A stretch of 64,000 bases of DNA, taken from NCBI GenBank assembly GCA_041749535.1, contig JBGTBE010000042.1, positions 70,702 through 134,701 on the forward strand, read 5' to 3'. The DNA is from Cryomorpha sp. Lineage in GTDB: Bacteria; Bacteroidota; Bacteroidia; Flavobacteriales_D; Cryomorphaceae. Below the pieces are notes generated by a model. It made no database searches. It was not told where the DNA came from and was given only the letters and a program-made list of their open reading frames with translations. This document shows positions 19,259 to 29,462 of this stretch, in pieces; positions within the stretch are counted from its first letter, which is position 1; the number at the start of each line of letters is the position of its first letter. Both the position numbers and the translations under genes were made by a program.

Positions 19259-19633
19259 TCAGTTTAAAAATGCAGTGGTTAGTACACCATCAATTGCAAG
19301 CATTCTGGCAATATTCTCAGCATTCTTAACAAGTTTTTCATGGCATTCAGGCAGGTTGCCGTTGATGGATTCAAACTCTCTGAGTTTTTTCTGAACCAGT
19401 TTGCCCGGATGGCTCACTATTTCTATACTGAAAAAGCAAGCAGATTTCATACATTCATCGCAGGACTGAATATGTTGAATGAGCCTCTTTCTCAACGTTT
19501 GCTTTTCCGCTTTTCCGAAATATACAGGATTGTAATTACAATCGAAGAGGGTATACACTCCAAAATCTTCAGGCGCTATACTCTTGGCATTCTCCATATC
19601 CAAAAAGTACATTTGTGTAGGCCTGGAAGTCAT
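19259..19633 (-). CDS. Small stand-alone GIY-YIG-like domain protein. The probable start is the internal Met, and the track ORF extends to 19696.
   Basis: GVYTLFDCNYNPVYFGKAE fits the GIY-x10-YIG motif. Downstream there is a conserved Arg (LRKRLIQH), Glu (FFSIEIVSH) and Asn (ESINGN). Additional Cys/His pairs are present (CDEC, PECH). Confidence 0.45.
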   Translation of the reverse strand: MTSRPTQMYFLDMENAKSIAPEDFGVYTLFDCNYNPVYFGKAEKQTLRKRLIQHIQSCDECMKSACFFSIEIVSHPGKLVQKKLREFESINGNLPECHEKLVKNAENIARMLAIDGVLTTAFLN

Positions 19634-19845
19634 AATTGTCTGTTTGCGTTTTCTAGACGAAGGTAGTATGCAAGGGTTGCCAACCTTGTGAAGCAAACTT
19701 CAATTAAATGCTATCAAATTGTTACTGGTCTAAAGCACCGGGAAGATTATAAAGTAAAGGATCAAATAAAAGTTTGCACTGCTTTTCACGAAGGTGCCCG
19801 TCTCAGAAGTGATGGTGATTTATTTGAAATTAAAAAAGGGTATTC

Positions 19846-20547
19846 TCAAGGAATACATTGTTGCTCCGCAGCAACTACATGGCCTATTTCAGGGCTGAGA
19901 AATGGTATGCCAAGGCCAAGACCGCGGATGATGAATAAGATGGCTATTATCGTCGCCAAAACAGGGGCAAGACTTTTGAGTTTGTATCTCCATTTTGCAC
20001 CCAGGGCACTTCCCGAAAGGGCTACCAAAAGCAGTGCAGGAGCTGTGCCGAGACCAAACAAAGCCATGAACAATGCTCCGGCTATAGGTTCGTAGCTAAC
20101 CAAGGCACCAGCAAGTGCAAGGTACACAAGACCACAGGGCAACAAGCCATTAAAGAATCCCAGACCCAAGAGCGCCGTAGCGCGTTGACTTTTAAGGAAT
20201 CGGGCCATAAATCCGAGTACGTTGCTTTGCATGGCTGCCACTTTATTGCCGAGCTTGCTGAGGATCGAGAACTTTGGCAACCATATAAAGGCCAGCATGA
20301 ATAAACCTGCGAAAATTGAGAGTCCTTGTTGAAAACCTGTAGTGCTAAGTCCGTAACCGAGTGTGCCGAACAAAAACCCAAGAATAGCATAGGCTCCAAT
20401 GCGGCCTGCATGGTACAAGGAGTAGGCACCAATCTTATGAAGCGCATTGCCTTCACCTACTGGGACTGCAAGGGCAATGGGTCCACACATACCCACACAA
20501 TGCATGCTACCGGCAATACCAAGGCCGAGTGCGGGGAGAATCATCAT
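19846..20547 (-). CDS. DsbD_2 / TauE-SafE-like membrane protein (cbb3-associated)
   Basis: It is a polytopic membrane protein with the HCxxMCGP motif (MHCVGMCGPI) and a later LPCG motif. It is the last gene of the cco cluster. Confidence 0.6.
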   Translation of the reverse strand: MMILPALGLGIAGSMHCVGMCGPIALAVPVGEGNALHKIGAYSLYHAGRIGAYAILGFLFGTLGYGLSTTGFQQGLSIFAGLFMLAFIWLPKFSILSKLGNKVAAMQSNVLGFMARFLKSQRATALLGLGFFNGLLPCGLVYLALAGALVSYEPIAGALFMALFGLGTAPALLLVALSGSALGAKWRYKLKSLAPVLATIIAILFIIRGLGLGIPFLSPEIGHVVAAEQQCIP

Positions 20548-20981
20548 AGCACAATCTCCTTTTCAGTGTAGTAATCTTCACCATCCATGGAGAACCTCAC
20601 TCCTACTTTATAGCGGCCATGCTCACCACGAGGGGCGATTGCCATGCTCTCACTTGCATCCAATTTAAGTTCGTGCAATTCGTCAAGGTCTGCATTGTCA
20701 GGCTTGTATAGCGTCACTTCCCCAACAACAGCATATATATCAGAGAGGCCTGAAAACTCGATATAGACGACTTTATCAGCAGTTCTTATATCAACACTGA
20801 AGGAGGCTGCCTGCATATTGTGCCAGGCATCTTTCTTACCTTGAAAAGCAAGTTCCTTGGTATAGTATTCATCTGTAACCAGCTCATGGTCCATTTGCAT
20901 GCTGAAATAAAGCATGCTCAGCATGAAGATCATGAAGGCTACGTAAACAATGGCGATTTTATGTCCGAAGTGGAGTTTCAT
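20544..20981 (-). CDS. ccoH: CcoH/FixH-like protein. The start is taken at the internal MKLHFGH because the longer ORF overlaps ccoG.
   Basis: It has a single TM segment (IAIVYVAFMIFMLSML), a periplasmic beta-rich domain, and a position directly after ccoG. Confidence 0.55.
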   Translation of the reverse strand: MKLHFGHKIAIVYVAFMIFMLSMLYFSMQMDHELVTDEYYTKELAFQGKKDAWHNMQAASFSVDIRTADKVVYIEFSGLSDIYAVVGEVTLYKPDNADLDELHELKLDASESMAIAPRGEHGRYKVGVRFSMDGEDYYTEKEIVL

Positions 20982-20991
20982 TTTCGATGAA

Positions 20992-22407
20992 TTAAAGTGG
21001 ACCTGTGATTCGAATTTTGACCTTTTCAAGGAGTTTTCCACCCTCATCGTATACGCCAAGGCTGGTTTGTACTTTCCCCAGCTTAAAGCGCTCTGATGCC
21101 GCCGAAAGAAAAAATGCCCCTTCAGCCACAGCTTGTTTTGAGAGAGCAGGTTGTTTCCCCACAAGGTTTATCCTGTACCCTTCTTCCAAGGGCACAAGTG
21201 AGATTTTCATATCGCGGTTCGATTTATTAATGATCTTATAGTTGTACAGATTGCTAATGGTCCCATCATCGTTCTTCTGATAGAGCATTCCCGGTGTACG
21301 AAGTATACTCATTTCCACTTCAGTGCGCAAAACGAGAAGTGTACTTACCACACCGATAATCACAGCCAGAACCACTGTATAAGCCTTGGCTCTTGATGTT
21401 AATTTGAATGGCTTTCGTGTTTCTATCTGCTCCTCACTGCTGTATCTTATTAGGCCTAAGGGGAGCCCAACTGCATCCATCATTTCGTCGCAGGCATCGA
21501 TGCATGCAGTACAATTCACGCATTCCAGCTGTGTGCCATTTCGAATATCTATACCGGTGGGGCACACCTGCACACAATGCCCACAGTCTATGCAATCTCC
21601 TTTGCTTGCAGCTGAGCGGTCTTCGCCTTTCTTGATTTTGGCGCGCTCTTCACCCCTTACCCTGTCATAGGCTACCACCACAGAATTTCTGTCCAGCAAT
21701 ACGCTTTGTAACCTACCATATGGGCAAACATTGGTACATACTTGTTCACGGAAAAATGCAAACACACCGTAGAAAATCCCGGAAAAAACCAATATGGAAG
21801 CAAGACCTGCTATATGTTGCGAAGGAGGAGAAATGATGATTTCTGTCAAAGCCTCTGTGCCGATAATGTACGCCAAAAAAGTATTTGCAATCAGAAATGA
21901 AACAGTGAAGAAGATGAGGTGTTTCGAAACCCGTTTGAGAATTTTCTCTGTGGTCCACCCCTCTCTTTTAAGCTTCATCTGCTGCTTCCAATCACCATCG
22001 ATCCAATATTCAATTTTTCGGAAAACACCTTCCATGAAAATAGTTTGGGGACAAACCCATCCACAAAAAAGCCTGCCATACACTACTGTAAATAGCCCGA
22101 TAAATATGACGAGTGAGATAGCCATAAGGCCGAAAATGAAGAAATCTTGTGGCCAAAATATCTTTCCAAAGATGACGAATTTTCGCTCTATCAAATTGAA
22201 CATCACGAGATGCTCGCCACTGATTCTAATAAATGGAGCGGAGAATAGGAAAACGAGTAAAAAAAGGTTTACCCACTTTCTTGCTTTGGTGTACTTTCCT
22301 TTGGGCTTTTTGGCGAATATCCACTTGCGCTTCCCTGATGCATCAAGGGTTGAGAGTTTATCTCGAAAACCTTCAGGGCTCTCAGGTGTCGTTTGGGGAG
22401 AATTCAT
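20992..22407 (-). CDS. ccoG: Cytochrome c oxidase accessory protein CcoG (4Fe-4S ferredoxin-type)
   Basis: It has two ferredoxin-like Cys clusters (CIDCGHCVQVCPTG and CVNCTACIDACD), N-terminal TM helices, and a length of 471 aa. Confidence 0.85.
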   Translation of the reverse strand: MNSPQTTPESPEGFRDKLSTLDASGKRKWIFAKKPKGKYTKARKWVNLFLLVFLFSAPFIRISGEHLVMFNLIERKFVIFGKIFWPQDFFIFGLMAISLVIFIGLFTVVYGRLFCGWVCPQTIFMEGVFRKIEYWIDGDWKQQMKLKREGWTTEKILKRVSKHLIFFTVSFLIANTFLAYIIGTEALTEIIISPPSQHIAGLASILVFSGIFYGVFAFFREQVCTNVCPYGRLQSVLLDRNSVVVAYDRVRGEERAKIKKGEDRSAASKGDCIDCGHCVQVCPTGIDIRNGTQLECVNCTACIDACDEMMDAVGLPLGLIRYSSEEQIETRKPFKLTSRAKAYTVVLAVIIGVVSTLLVLRTEVEMSILRTPGMLYQKNDDGTISNLYNYKIINKSNRDMKISLVPLEEGYRINLVGKQPALSKQAVAEGAFFLSAASERFKLGKVQTSLGVYDEGGKLLEKVKIRITGPL

Positions 22408-23600
22408 TCAGTAATTATGATATCTTCCCTGGGTTGGTCCCCAATCGTGCTGGTGGAATCTGTGGATTGTATCTGCTTTGTAGTGTCAGTCGCGGCAGGT
22501 GAAACTGAATCAGATACTGATTCAGAATATAGCTCACCTTGGGGTTCTTTAGGGTTTGCTGCAGTGTTGCCACGCAATGTCTTAATGTAAGAAGCTACCT
22601 GTGCCATTTCTTTAGGTCTGAGCTGCGATTCCCAGGAAATCATCCCTTTTTGGGGCACCCCGTATTTTATGGTTTTAAACATATCTGTTATTGATCCACC
22701 GTGCAGCCAATAACTATCTGTAAAATTGGGACCTACACCACCACCGCCATCTGCCGCATGGCAAGCCTGGCAATTTGCTATATAAATCGCTTTTCCAGCT
22801 GTCAGATCTTCGGGACTTTCCAGAAATGTTACGGAACTTTCATCAACCGATTCTCCAAGTATGGCTATATATGCCAATCGGTCTTCTTCAGCCTGCTGCA
22901 CTTCAGCTATATACTCTTCTTGTTGGTTTTCTCCAAAAGGCAGCACGTGGTACCATACCATATACACAATTCCAATAATGATCGTAGTGTAGAACATCCA
23001 TACCCACCATGGAGGTAGGTTGTTGTCCAGCTCTCGAATTCCATCGTATTCATGGTCCAGCAACACTTCGTATTCCCTGTCCAGGGGGACAGCATCTGTC
23101 AAAGCTGCCATGATGGTGCTTTGCGCAGGATCTATTTTTATTTCATCAACTGCTTCTGCAGCAACTTCGGGCAGCAGCATGGCAATGGTTCGCTTGAGAA
23201 GAGTAGTGAGATAGATGAATACGATGAGCAGCAGTATATTGAGCCCCAATAGCATCATGGTGTTCTCATTCCGAAAGATATCCGGGAAAGCCGGTGCATC
23301 TGCAGCCTGGGCTGAAAGGCTTGTAGAAGCAAGTATAGCACCGAGAATGAGGGCAGCATTGCCGGCCTTGGATGCATCTCTCATTTTGCGGAGCTTTACA
23401 AAATAGTCGGTATTCTGTGTGAGTCTGCGCAGCAGCGCTGCTATGCTAAGTATGGCGATAAGTTGAACACACGCGACCAGTGCCAGCGCTAAATTTGGCC
23501 CTTCGTAAATTGATGGTTTCACGGGCTCCAGCACAGCGGCAAAAGACGGTGTAGTGAGAAGCACAAGAGCTATCAATGATAGAAATGAATTCCTAATCAT
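22404..23600 (-). CDS. ccoP: cbb3 oxidase subunit III-like c-type cytochrome (CcoP-like, monohaem, with an extended N-terminal membrane region)
   Basis: It has the FixP-type motif DGIRELDNNLPPWW and a single CxxCH (CQACH). Confidence 0.7.
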   Translation of the reverse strand: MIRNSFLSLIALVLLTTPSFAAVLEPVKPSIYEGPNLALALVACVQLIAILSIAALLRRLTQNTDYFVKLRKMRDASKAGNAALILGAILASTSLSAQAADAPAFPDIFRNENTMMLLGLNILLLIVFIYLTTLLKRTIAMLLPEVAAEAVDEIKIDPAQSTIMAALTDAVPLDREYEVLLDHEYDGIRELDNNLPPWWVWMFYTTIIIGIVYMVWYHVLPFGENQQEEYIAEVQQAEEDRLAYIAILGESVDESSVTFLESPEDLTAGKAIYIANCQACHAADGGGGVGPNFTDSYWLHGGSITDMFKTIKYGVPQKGMISWESQLRPKEMAQVASYIKTLRGNTAANPKEPQGELYSESVSDSVSPAATDTTKQIQSTDSTSTIGDQPREDIIITE

Positions 23601-23800
23601 GGCATTGGGTTTTGTGAAGTGGAGGCAGTAGATTCATCATCGAGGGGCAGCGCACCAACTGTTTCTATATAAGGTTTGCTCAATCGCGTCACATACACGA
23701 GCAGCCCTATGAAAAATCCGAAAAATATAACAAGCGATATCAGCGGAAAAATCTCTATTCCGACAATGGTATCCATATTGTGTTTAATGAATTTTAGCAT
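23597..23800 (-). CDS. ccoQ: CcoQ/FixQ-like small membrane protein
   Basis: It is 67 aa with a single TM helix, and lies between ccoNO and ccoP with overlapping stop/start codons. Confidence 0.5.
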   Translation of the reverse strand: MLKFIKHNMDTIVGIEIFPLISLVIFFGFFIGLLVYVTRLSKPYIETVGALPLDDESTASTSQNPMP

Positions 23801-23806
23801 GGCTTT

Positions 23807-25939
23807 CTATTTTTCGGCTGATTGATTCTGAAGTTTGATATCAGTACCAAGTCGTTGCAGGTAAGCGATAAGCGCAATTAACTCGGTATTGGGTGCTGCG
23901 ATAATTTCGTCTTTGGCAAGGCTACTGACGATTGTTTGCTGCTGGGCTATTACATCCTGGTTGGCTATCTGTTCATAACCATCGGCATATGGCACTCCGA
24001 GGGTGCGCATGGCGTTGATCTTCGCCACGGTGGTGCTTGTGTCGAGTTCTGTAGTAGAGAGCCATCCATATTCTGGCATTATAGATCCAGGCGACATTCT
24101 TTCGGGCTCTATCATATGGTTGTAGTGCCAAGAATCGGGGTACTTACCTCCTAACCTGTGCAGGTCAGGACCCGTTCTTTTCGAACCCCATAAAAATGGG
24201 TGGTCATATACATACTCTCCTGACTTTGAATACTCGCCCTGATAGCGCTCCGTTTCGTGCCGGAATGGGCGCACCATCTGTGAGTGACAATTGTTGCATC
24301 CTTCTGAAATATATACGTCGCGGCCGTGCAACTCAAGGGGGGTATATGGTTTTACACTTGCGATGGTGGGTATATTGGACTTTACCAGAAAGGTAGGTAC
24401 CATTTCTATGACGCCACCAATTAGGATCACCACCAAAGACAGCACCATGAATTGTACAGGTTTTCGCTCCAGCGGTCTGTGCCAATGCTCATTTCCATGC
24501 GGAACAAACGTGGATTCGAGGGCTGTTGCCTCAGCGGCCTCGTCCTTTAGAAAATTACCATTTTTCACAGTGATACGCAGGTTGTAGATCATCACAAATA
24601 CCCCTGTCAAGTATAGAAGACCGCCTATTGCACGCAATCCATACATTGGAAGTATTTGCGTTACAGTTTCCAAGAAGTTTGGGTACACCAAAAATCCGTC
24701 TTGGGTAAATTCCTGCCACATGGCCCACTGGGTGAACGCTGCCCAATAAAGAGGCAATGCGTAAAAAACAATCCCCAGGGTACCTAGCCAAAAATGCATA
24801 TTGGCAAGTCTTATCGAGTACAACTTTGTTCTAAACAATTTTGGAATCAACCAATACATCATACCAAATGTGAGAAAGCCATTCCACCCTAGTCCGCCGA
24901 TATGCACGTGTGCAATGGTCCAGTCGGTATAGTGACTTATGGCGTTTATGCTCTTTATGGAAAGCAGTGGCCCTTCAAAAGTGCTCATACCATAGGCCGT
25001 GACTGCCACCACCATGAATTTGAGCATTGGCTCTTCCCGAACTTTATCCCAGGCACCGCGAAGGGTGAGTAATCCGTTGAGCATACCACCCCAGCTAGGA
25101 GCAATAAGCATAAGCGAGAATACGGTACCCAGGCTCTGGGCCCATTCAGGAAGTGAGGTATACAGAAGGTGGTGAGGGCCAGCCCATATATAGAGAAAGA
25201 TCAATGCCCAGAAATGTATTATGGAGAGCCTGTATGAGTATACAGGCCTGTTGGCAGCTTTAGGAATGAAATAGTACATAAGCCCCAAGTAGGGAGTGGT
25301 GAGAAAAAATGCTACGGCATTGTGGCCATACCACCATTGTACAAGGGCATCCTGAACCCCGGCATACCAGCTGTACGATTTAAAAATGGAAATCGGTAGC
25401 TCGAATGAATTCACAATATGCAAAACCGCTACGGTCACAAAAGTGGCAATGTAAAACCAGATGGCCACGTAGATGTGTCGCTCCCTTCTTTTCACAATGG
25501 TCATCATCATGTTGAGACCAAAAACAACCCATACAATTGCAATTGCGATGTCGATAGGCCACTCCAACTCTGCGTATTCCTTAGAAGTTGTCAAACCAAG
25601 GGGAAGGGTGATCGCTGCTGCAACAATAATAGATTGCCACCCCCAAAAATTTATCATGGAGAGCTTATCACTCCACATCCTTGCTTTAAGCAGTCGCTGC
25701 AAGGAATAATATATCCCGGTGAAAAGTCCGTTGCCTACAAATGCAAAAATTACCGCGTTGGTGTGTAGCGGCCTAATACGTCCAAATGTGGTATAAGGAA
25801 TACCACCCGTAAGCTCCGGATACACGAGCTGTAATGCAGCATAAAGACCTACAAGCATTCCTACCACTCCCCATAACAGGGTGGCATATGCAAACATCTT
25901 AACTATCTGATTGTCATAATAGAACTTTTCAATCCTCAT
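23807..25939 (-). CDS. ccoNO: cbb3-type cytochrome c oxidase, fused subunit I and subunit II (CcoNO)
   Basis: It is 710 aa. The N-terminal part has 12 TM helices with the haem-copper oxidase His ligands, and the C-terminal CcoO part has CNNCH. Confidence 0.9.
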   Translation of the reverse strand: MRIEKFYYDNQIVKMFAYATLLWGVVGMLVGLYAALQLVYPELTGGIPYTTFGRIRPLHTNAVIFAFVGNGLFTGIYYSLQRLLKARMWSDKLSMINFWGWQSIIVAAAITLPLGLTTSKEYAELEWPIDIAIAIVWVVFGLNMMMTIVKRRERHIYVAIWFYIATFVTVAVLHIVNSFELPISIFKSYSWYAGVQDALVQWWYGHNAVAFFLTTPYLGLMYYFIPKAANRPVYSYRLSIIHFWALIFLYIWAGPHHLLYTSLPEWAQSLGTVFSLMLIAPSWGGMLNGLLTLRGAWDKVREEPMLKFMVVAVTAYGMSTFEGPLLSIKSINAISHYTDWTIAHVHIGGLGWNGFLTFGMMYWLIPKLFRTKLYSIRLANMHFWLGTLGIVFYALPLYWAAFTQWAMWQEFTQDGFLVYPNFLETVTQILPMYGLRAIGGLLYLTGVFVMIYNLRITVKNGNFLKDEAAEATALESTFVPHGNEHWHRPLERKPVQFMVLSLVVILIGGVIEMVPTFLVKSNIPTIASVKPYTPLELHGRDVYISEGCNNCHSQMVRPFRHETERYQGEYSKSGEYVYDHPFLWGSKRTGPDLHRLGGKYPDSWHYNHMIEPERMSPGSIMPEYGWLSTTELDTSTTVAKINAMRTLGVPYADGYEQIANQDVIAQQQTIVSSLAKDEIIAAPNTELIALIAYLQRLGTDIKLQNQSAEK

Positions 25940-25947
25940 GTTGCATA

Positions 25948-26148
25948 TTATTTGAAAGGTTGGGCACCGGAGTTTTCCTCTTCGTCTTCATCAAAGAGCA
26001 TTCTAACCGAAGGTGTATAATCATCATCAAACTGTCTTGATCTCACCGCCCATATGAATCCGGCAAGAAATGCCAGTGCTACAGACAAGCTTATGATGAT
26101 CAATAAAAGAAGTACTTCCATAAAAATTAGGTGTGCGAAGAGATGCAA
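25948..26148 (-). CDS. ccoS: cbb3 oxidase maturation protein CcoS/FixS
   Basis: It is a small protein with a single TM helix and the RSRQFDDDYTP motif. It lies between ccoI and ccoNO. Confidence 0.6.
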   Translation of the reverse strand: MHLFAHLIFMEVLLLLIIISLSVALAFLAGFIWAVRSRQFDDDYTPSVRMLFDEDEEENSGAQPFK

Positions 26149-26185
26149 AGAACCGTATGATCAAAGCGAAGTATTATGATGTTGG

Positions 26186-28630
26186 TCAATACTGAACATG
26201 ACTTTTATCAGTTTTCGGCAAGAACTTCCTATAATAAAATGTGGTACCCAGCGTAACAAAACCCACAACGGAAATAGAACTCAGAGGCATAAGTATGGCG
26301 GCAATCACAGGCTCAAGCAATCCGGATACAGCAAAAAATACCCCTACTCCGTTGTAGAGAAATGAAAGCACAAAACTGAGTTTGACAACGCGAAGGGTGG
26401 CCTGAGAAAATCTAAAAAATCCGGGTAAACAGGCAAAGCCTGACGATGCCAGAATGGCATTGGAAGCTGGTGCAAACCTGAACACATCATCGGCCACAGA
26501 GATGCCCATGTCACTGGCGCGTAGCGCGCCTGCGTCGTTCAAACCATCGCCAATCATGGCTGTAATGGCACCTTTTTTTTGCAATGCAATGATGAATTGC
26601 TCCTTGTCAAAAGGGCTTTGATTGAAGTAGATGCCTTCCTGCTGCCCAAAGAGGGACTGAATTACCGACTGCTCCGCTGCGTTGTCTCCACTCAGCATGT
26701 ATAGTTTGTATCTTTTCTTGAGTTGGTTTATTTGCGCGCCAAGGTCTGGGCGATAGTTCTTGCTCACCTCAAAAAAGCCTGCGGATATTCCGTTAATGCT
26801 CACATGAATTTCACTGGCAAGGGGATTTATTTGTCTTGGATGGGCTCCAACGAACGCCGGTGTACCTATTCTGTACACATCGCGCCCAGACCCAGCCATA
26901 ATGCCCTTCCCTGGCAACTCTGAAAAAACTGACAATGAAACAGGCGTGCATTCTGCTTGCAGGGTACGTGAAATGAATCTGCTGAGCGGATGTCCTGATT
27001 GGCTTACAATACTAAAAATTAAGTTTTTCTCAAGTACTGACAACTTCCGACCAATGTAGACTGTGCGTGCATCTTCGCCGTGCGTTAACGTGCCCGTTTT
27101 GTCAAAAACAATGGTATCCACTTCTGCCATTCTCCCCAGAGATGAAGCATTTTTTAAATAGAATCCACGCCTGCCCAAGAGTCTCACTGCATTGGAAAAG
27201 GCAAAAGGAAAACTCAGCGCCAACGCACATGGGCAGGCTACAATGAGCACAGCACTCACCGCATCCCAGGCAACCGGTGGATCATTGACCATCCAATATG
27301 CAGCCGCCAGCATAGAAATAGCTAAAACAACATAGGTAAACCTTCGGCCAACCCTATCGGCAAATGATGCGAGATGGTGGGTTTTATTGCCTGATTCGCT
27401 GTTGTTCCAAAGCGCGGTAAGATAGCTTTGATCTACTGTTTTCAACACTTCCAGGAGTAAAGATTGTCCTGCTTGACGTCCGCCTGCAAAGATTTTGGCA
27501 CCCGGCATGGCAGAGACGGGCTCACTCTCACCGCTCACAAAGCTGTAGTCAATTGATCCTTCACCTTCTACAAGCACCGAATCTGTGGGCACCAACTCTC
27601 CACTTCGCACACGGTATTTGTCGCCTGGCTTTAGCTGCTCTATGCTACAGGGCTTCTCAACTCCGTTCTCTACGCGATGTACGGCAATCGGGAAGTAAGA
27701 TTTGTAGTCACGCTCAAATGATAAACTGTCATAGGTACGCTGCTGTATCCATTTCCCGATAAGGAGAAAAAAGATCAGTGCTGACAGACTATCCATATAT
27801 CCCCCGCCCCCCAAAATGAATATTTCATAGGTACTCCTTACAAACAGGGCCAAAACACCCAAGCTTATTGGCACATCCATATTGATTTCTTTTTGGATGA
27901 TGGACTGCCAAGCAGAACGCAGGTAGTCGGCTGCCGAGAAAAGTAACACCGGCAAGCCCAAGGCGAAGTTTACATAGCCAAAAAACCTGCGGTAAATATC
28001 ATTTGGGTCAGCATTAACTGAGAGGTATTCCGGAAAACTCAGCAACATAATATTTCCAAAACAAAATCCCGCAACCCCCATCTGCAGAAGAATGCGCTTG
28101 GTGTACGTATTTGACTTTTTGGATTTTGTAGAATCCAGGTATAGCTGAGGCTCGTAGCCCACTGCGGAGAGCTGCTCAACAAGCCGCCGTAGAGAAAGCA
28201 ATTGAGGATTGTAGTCAAAGGATGCCAGTCGTTTTGTGAAATCAACCCTGGACTGAATCACCCCAGGCACCAGTTTATAGAAGTGCTCTATGAGCCATAT
28301 GCAGGATGCGCAATGCATAGAAGGAAGCCGAAATTGGACCTTAGCCAGGGTTGCACTTTTGTAAGAAAGAAGCTTTTCCTGTATGCCTTCTTCATCAAGA
28401 TATGCAAAGGAATCGCTTACCGGCGCCTTCAGTTGCTTGATACCTGGATTCGGCGCATAGGTGTAGTAGCTTTCTAAACTGCAGGAATTGAGCAGTTGGT
28501 AGACGCTCTGACATCCATGGCAACAGAATGACTTATCTTCGAAATTCACGCGCTCACCCTCGCAGGAATCACCACAGTGAAAGCACTTCACATGAGCGGC
28601 AGTATTGGTTAATTTGGATTGTTGACTCAC
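26186..28630 (-). CDS. ccoI: CcoI/FixI-type heavy-metal (Cu) P1B-type ATPase
   Basis: It has an N-terminal Cys-rich metal-binding region, a CPC motif in its transmembrane domain (VACPCALALS), DKTGTLT, and a GDGLNDAGAL hinge. Confidence 0.85.
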   Translation of the reverse strand: MSQQSKLTNTAAHVKCFHCGDSCEGERVNFEDKSFCCHGCQSVYQLLNSCSLESYYTYAPNPGIKQLKAPVSDSFAYLDEEGIQEKLLSYKSATLAKVQFRLPSMHCASCIWLIEHFYKLVPGVIQSRVDFTKRLASFDYNPQLLSLRRLVEQLSAVGYEPQLYLDSTKSKKSNTYTKRILLQMGVAGFCFGNIMLLSFPEYLSVNADPNDIYRRFFGYVNFALGLPVLLFSAADYLRSAWQSIIQKEINMDVPISLGVLALFVRSTYEIFILGGGGYMDSLSALIFFLLIGKWIQQRTYDSLSFERDYKSYFPIAVHRVENGVEKPCSIEQLKPGDKYRVRSGELVPTDSVLVEGEGSIDYSFVSGESEPVSAMPGAKIFAGGRQAGQSLLLEVLKTVDQSYLTALWNNSESGNKTHHLASFADRVGRRFTYVVLAISMLAAAYWMVNDPPVAWDAVSAVLIVACPCALALSFPFAFSNAVRLLGRRGFYLKNASSLGRMAEVDTIVFDKTGTLTHGEDARTVYIGRKLSVLEKNLIFSIVSQSGHPLSRFISRTLQAECTPVSLSVFSELPGKGIMAGSGRDVYRIGTPAFVGAHPRQINPLASEIHVSINGISAGFFEVSKNYRPDLGAQINQLKKRYKLYMLSGDNAAEQSVIQSLFGQQEGIYFNQSPFDKEQFIIALQKKGAITAMIGDGLNDAGALRASDMGISVADDVFRFAPASNAILASSGFACLPGFFRFSQATLRVVKLSFVLSFLYNGVGVFFAVSGLLEPVIAAILMPLSSISVVGFVTLGTTFYYRKFLPKTDKSHVQY

Positions 28631-29370
28631 AAGGAATATGCAGGTAAAAATAAAGTGGCTTTCTCATCAAAGAGGGGTTTGAATCGGCTGTTCTCACCAT
28701 ACAGGGAAAGTAAATATTGAAGCGAACCCACTACGAGGGTAGACTGATTATAAGGTATAGGTTTCAGCAGTTTATCAGTGAGTGGTTCACGTACTTTCAG
28801 TATTCCTACGTTTTTTGAGTATTGCTTGAGGTATTCCACCAGCATGATTTCATCAGGGGCTTCTATATCAGCTGATTTTACGGGAGTTACCATAAGCAAG
28901 GTGAGGGTCAAATCAACAATCTGCCTTGAAAAGAATTGAAAAAATTCCTTGACACTTTTGAGCGATGCCTGTGTGCCGTTGTGTATGAGTAAAACATTCG
29001 AAATGACCTTGAAATAAGCCGGTACTACTATGATAGAGCAACCATGCACCCCAAATTCATCGCGTACGGCAAGTGGAAGCAGTGTGCTCTTCTCCATAAT
29101 AAGGAGGTCGGAATAGGTTGCTTGTTTTTCCAAATTCTTAAGCACTCCCTTTGAAAAGTGACGAATGGTGAGGGGGATGTTGCGGTGCTGACAGATGGTT
29201 GTGAATGTAAGCAGCAAGCTTTCATTGGCATCAGCGTTTTCATTCTTTTCATGCAAAATACAGAGCGTGAGTCGTAGGTTACGACCTGATAAATAAACTG
29301 TTATAAACCGCAGGACACCCTCGCCTTCACTGAGTGAATTCAGGGCAATGAGCACGTTTTTATCATTCAT
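28627..29370 (-). CDS. Hypothetical protein, possibly tandem universal-stress-protein-like domains
   Basis: Two repeats each end in G-x-S-x-x-V-V-P-like strands (FGVHGCSIIVVP). Its stop overlaps the ccoI start. This call is weak. Confidence 0.35.
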   Translation of the reverse strand: MNDKNVLIALNSLSEGEGVLRFITVYLSGRNLRLTLCILHEKNENADANESLLLTFTTICQHRNIPLTIRHFSKGVLKNLEKQATYSDLLIMEKSTLLPLAVRDEFGVHGCSIIVVPAYFKVISNVLLIHNGTQASLKSVKEFFQFFSRQIVDLTLTLLMVTPVKSADIEAPDEIMLVEYLKQYSKNVGILKVREPLTDKLLKPIPYNQSTLVVGSLQYLLSLYGENSRFKPLFDEKATLFLPAYSL

Positions 29371-29421
29371 CCCGATCTGAATTTTCAGCTGCCAAGATCG
29401 GCAGTACTGAAACCCGGAAGT

Positions 29422-29435
29422 ATGATTTACATCAA
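29422..29435 (-). promoter_or_regulatory. Candidate FNR/FixK box (TTGAT-GTAA-ATCAT on the minus strand)
   Basis: It matches the TTGAT-N4-ATCAA consensus with one mismatch. It lies about 52 bp upstream of the usp-like/ccoI operon start and next to the fnr-like gene. Confidence 0.45.
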
Positions 29436-29462
29436 CCGTTAAACTGATAATTGTCAGGAAAC

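Noticed and set aside
19688-20095. Plus-strand ORF of 135 aa
   Set aside because: It is antisense to the DsbD_2 membrane protein gene and has no motifs.
20982-21164. Long N-terminus of the ccoH track ORF, and the long N-termini of the fnr-like, SDR, nth and DUF6428-like ORFs
   Set aside because: The extensions overlap upstream genes or lack signal or domain content. Internal Met starts give conventional proteins.
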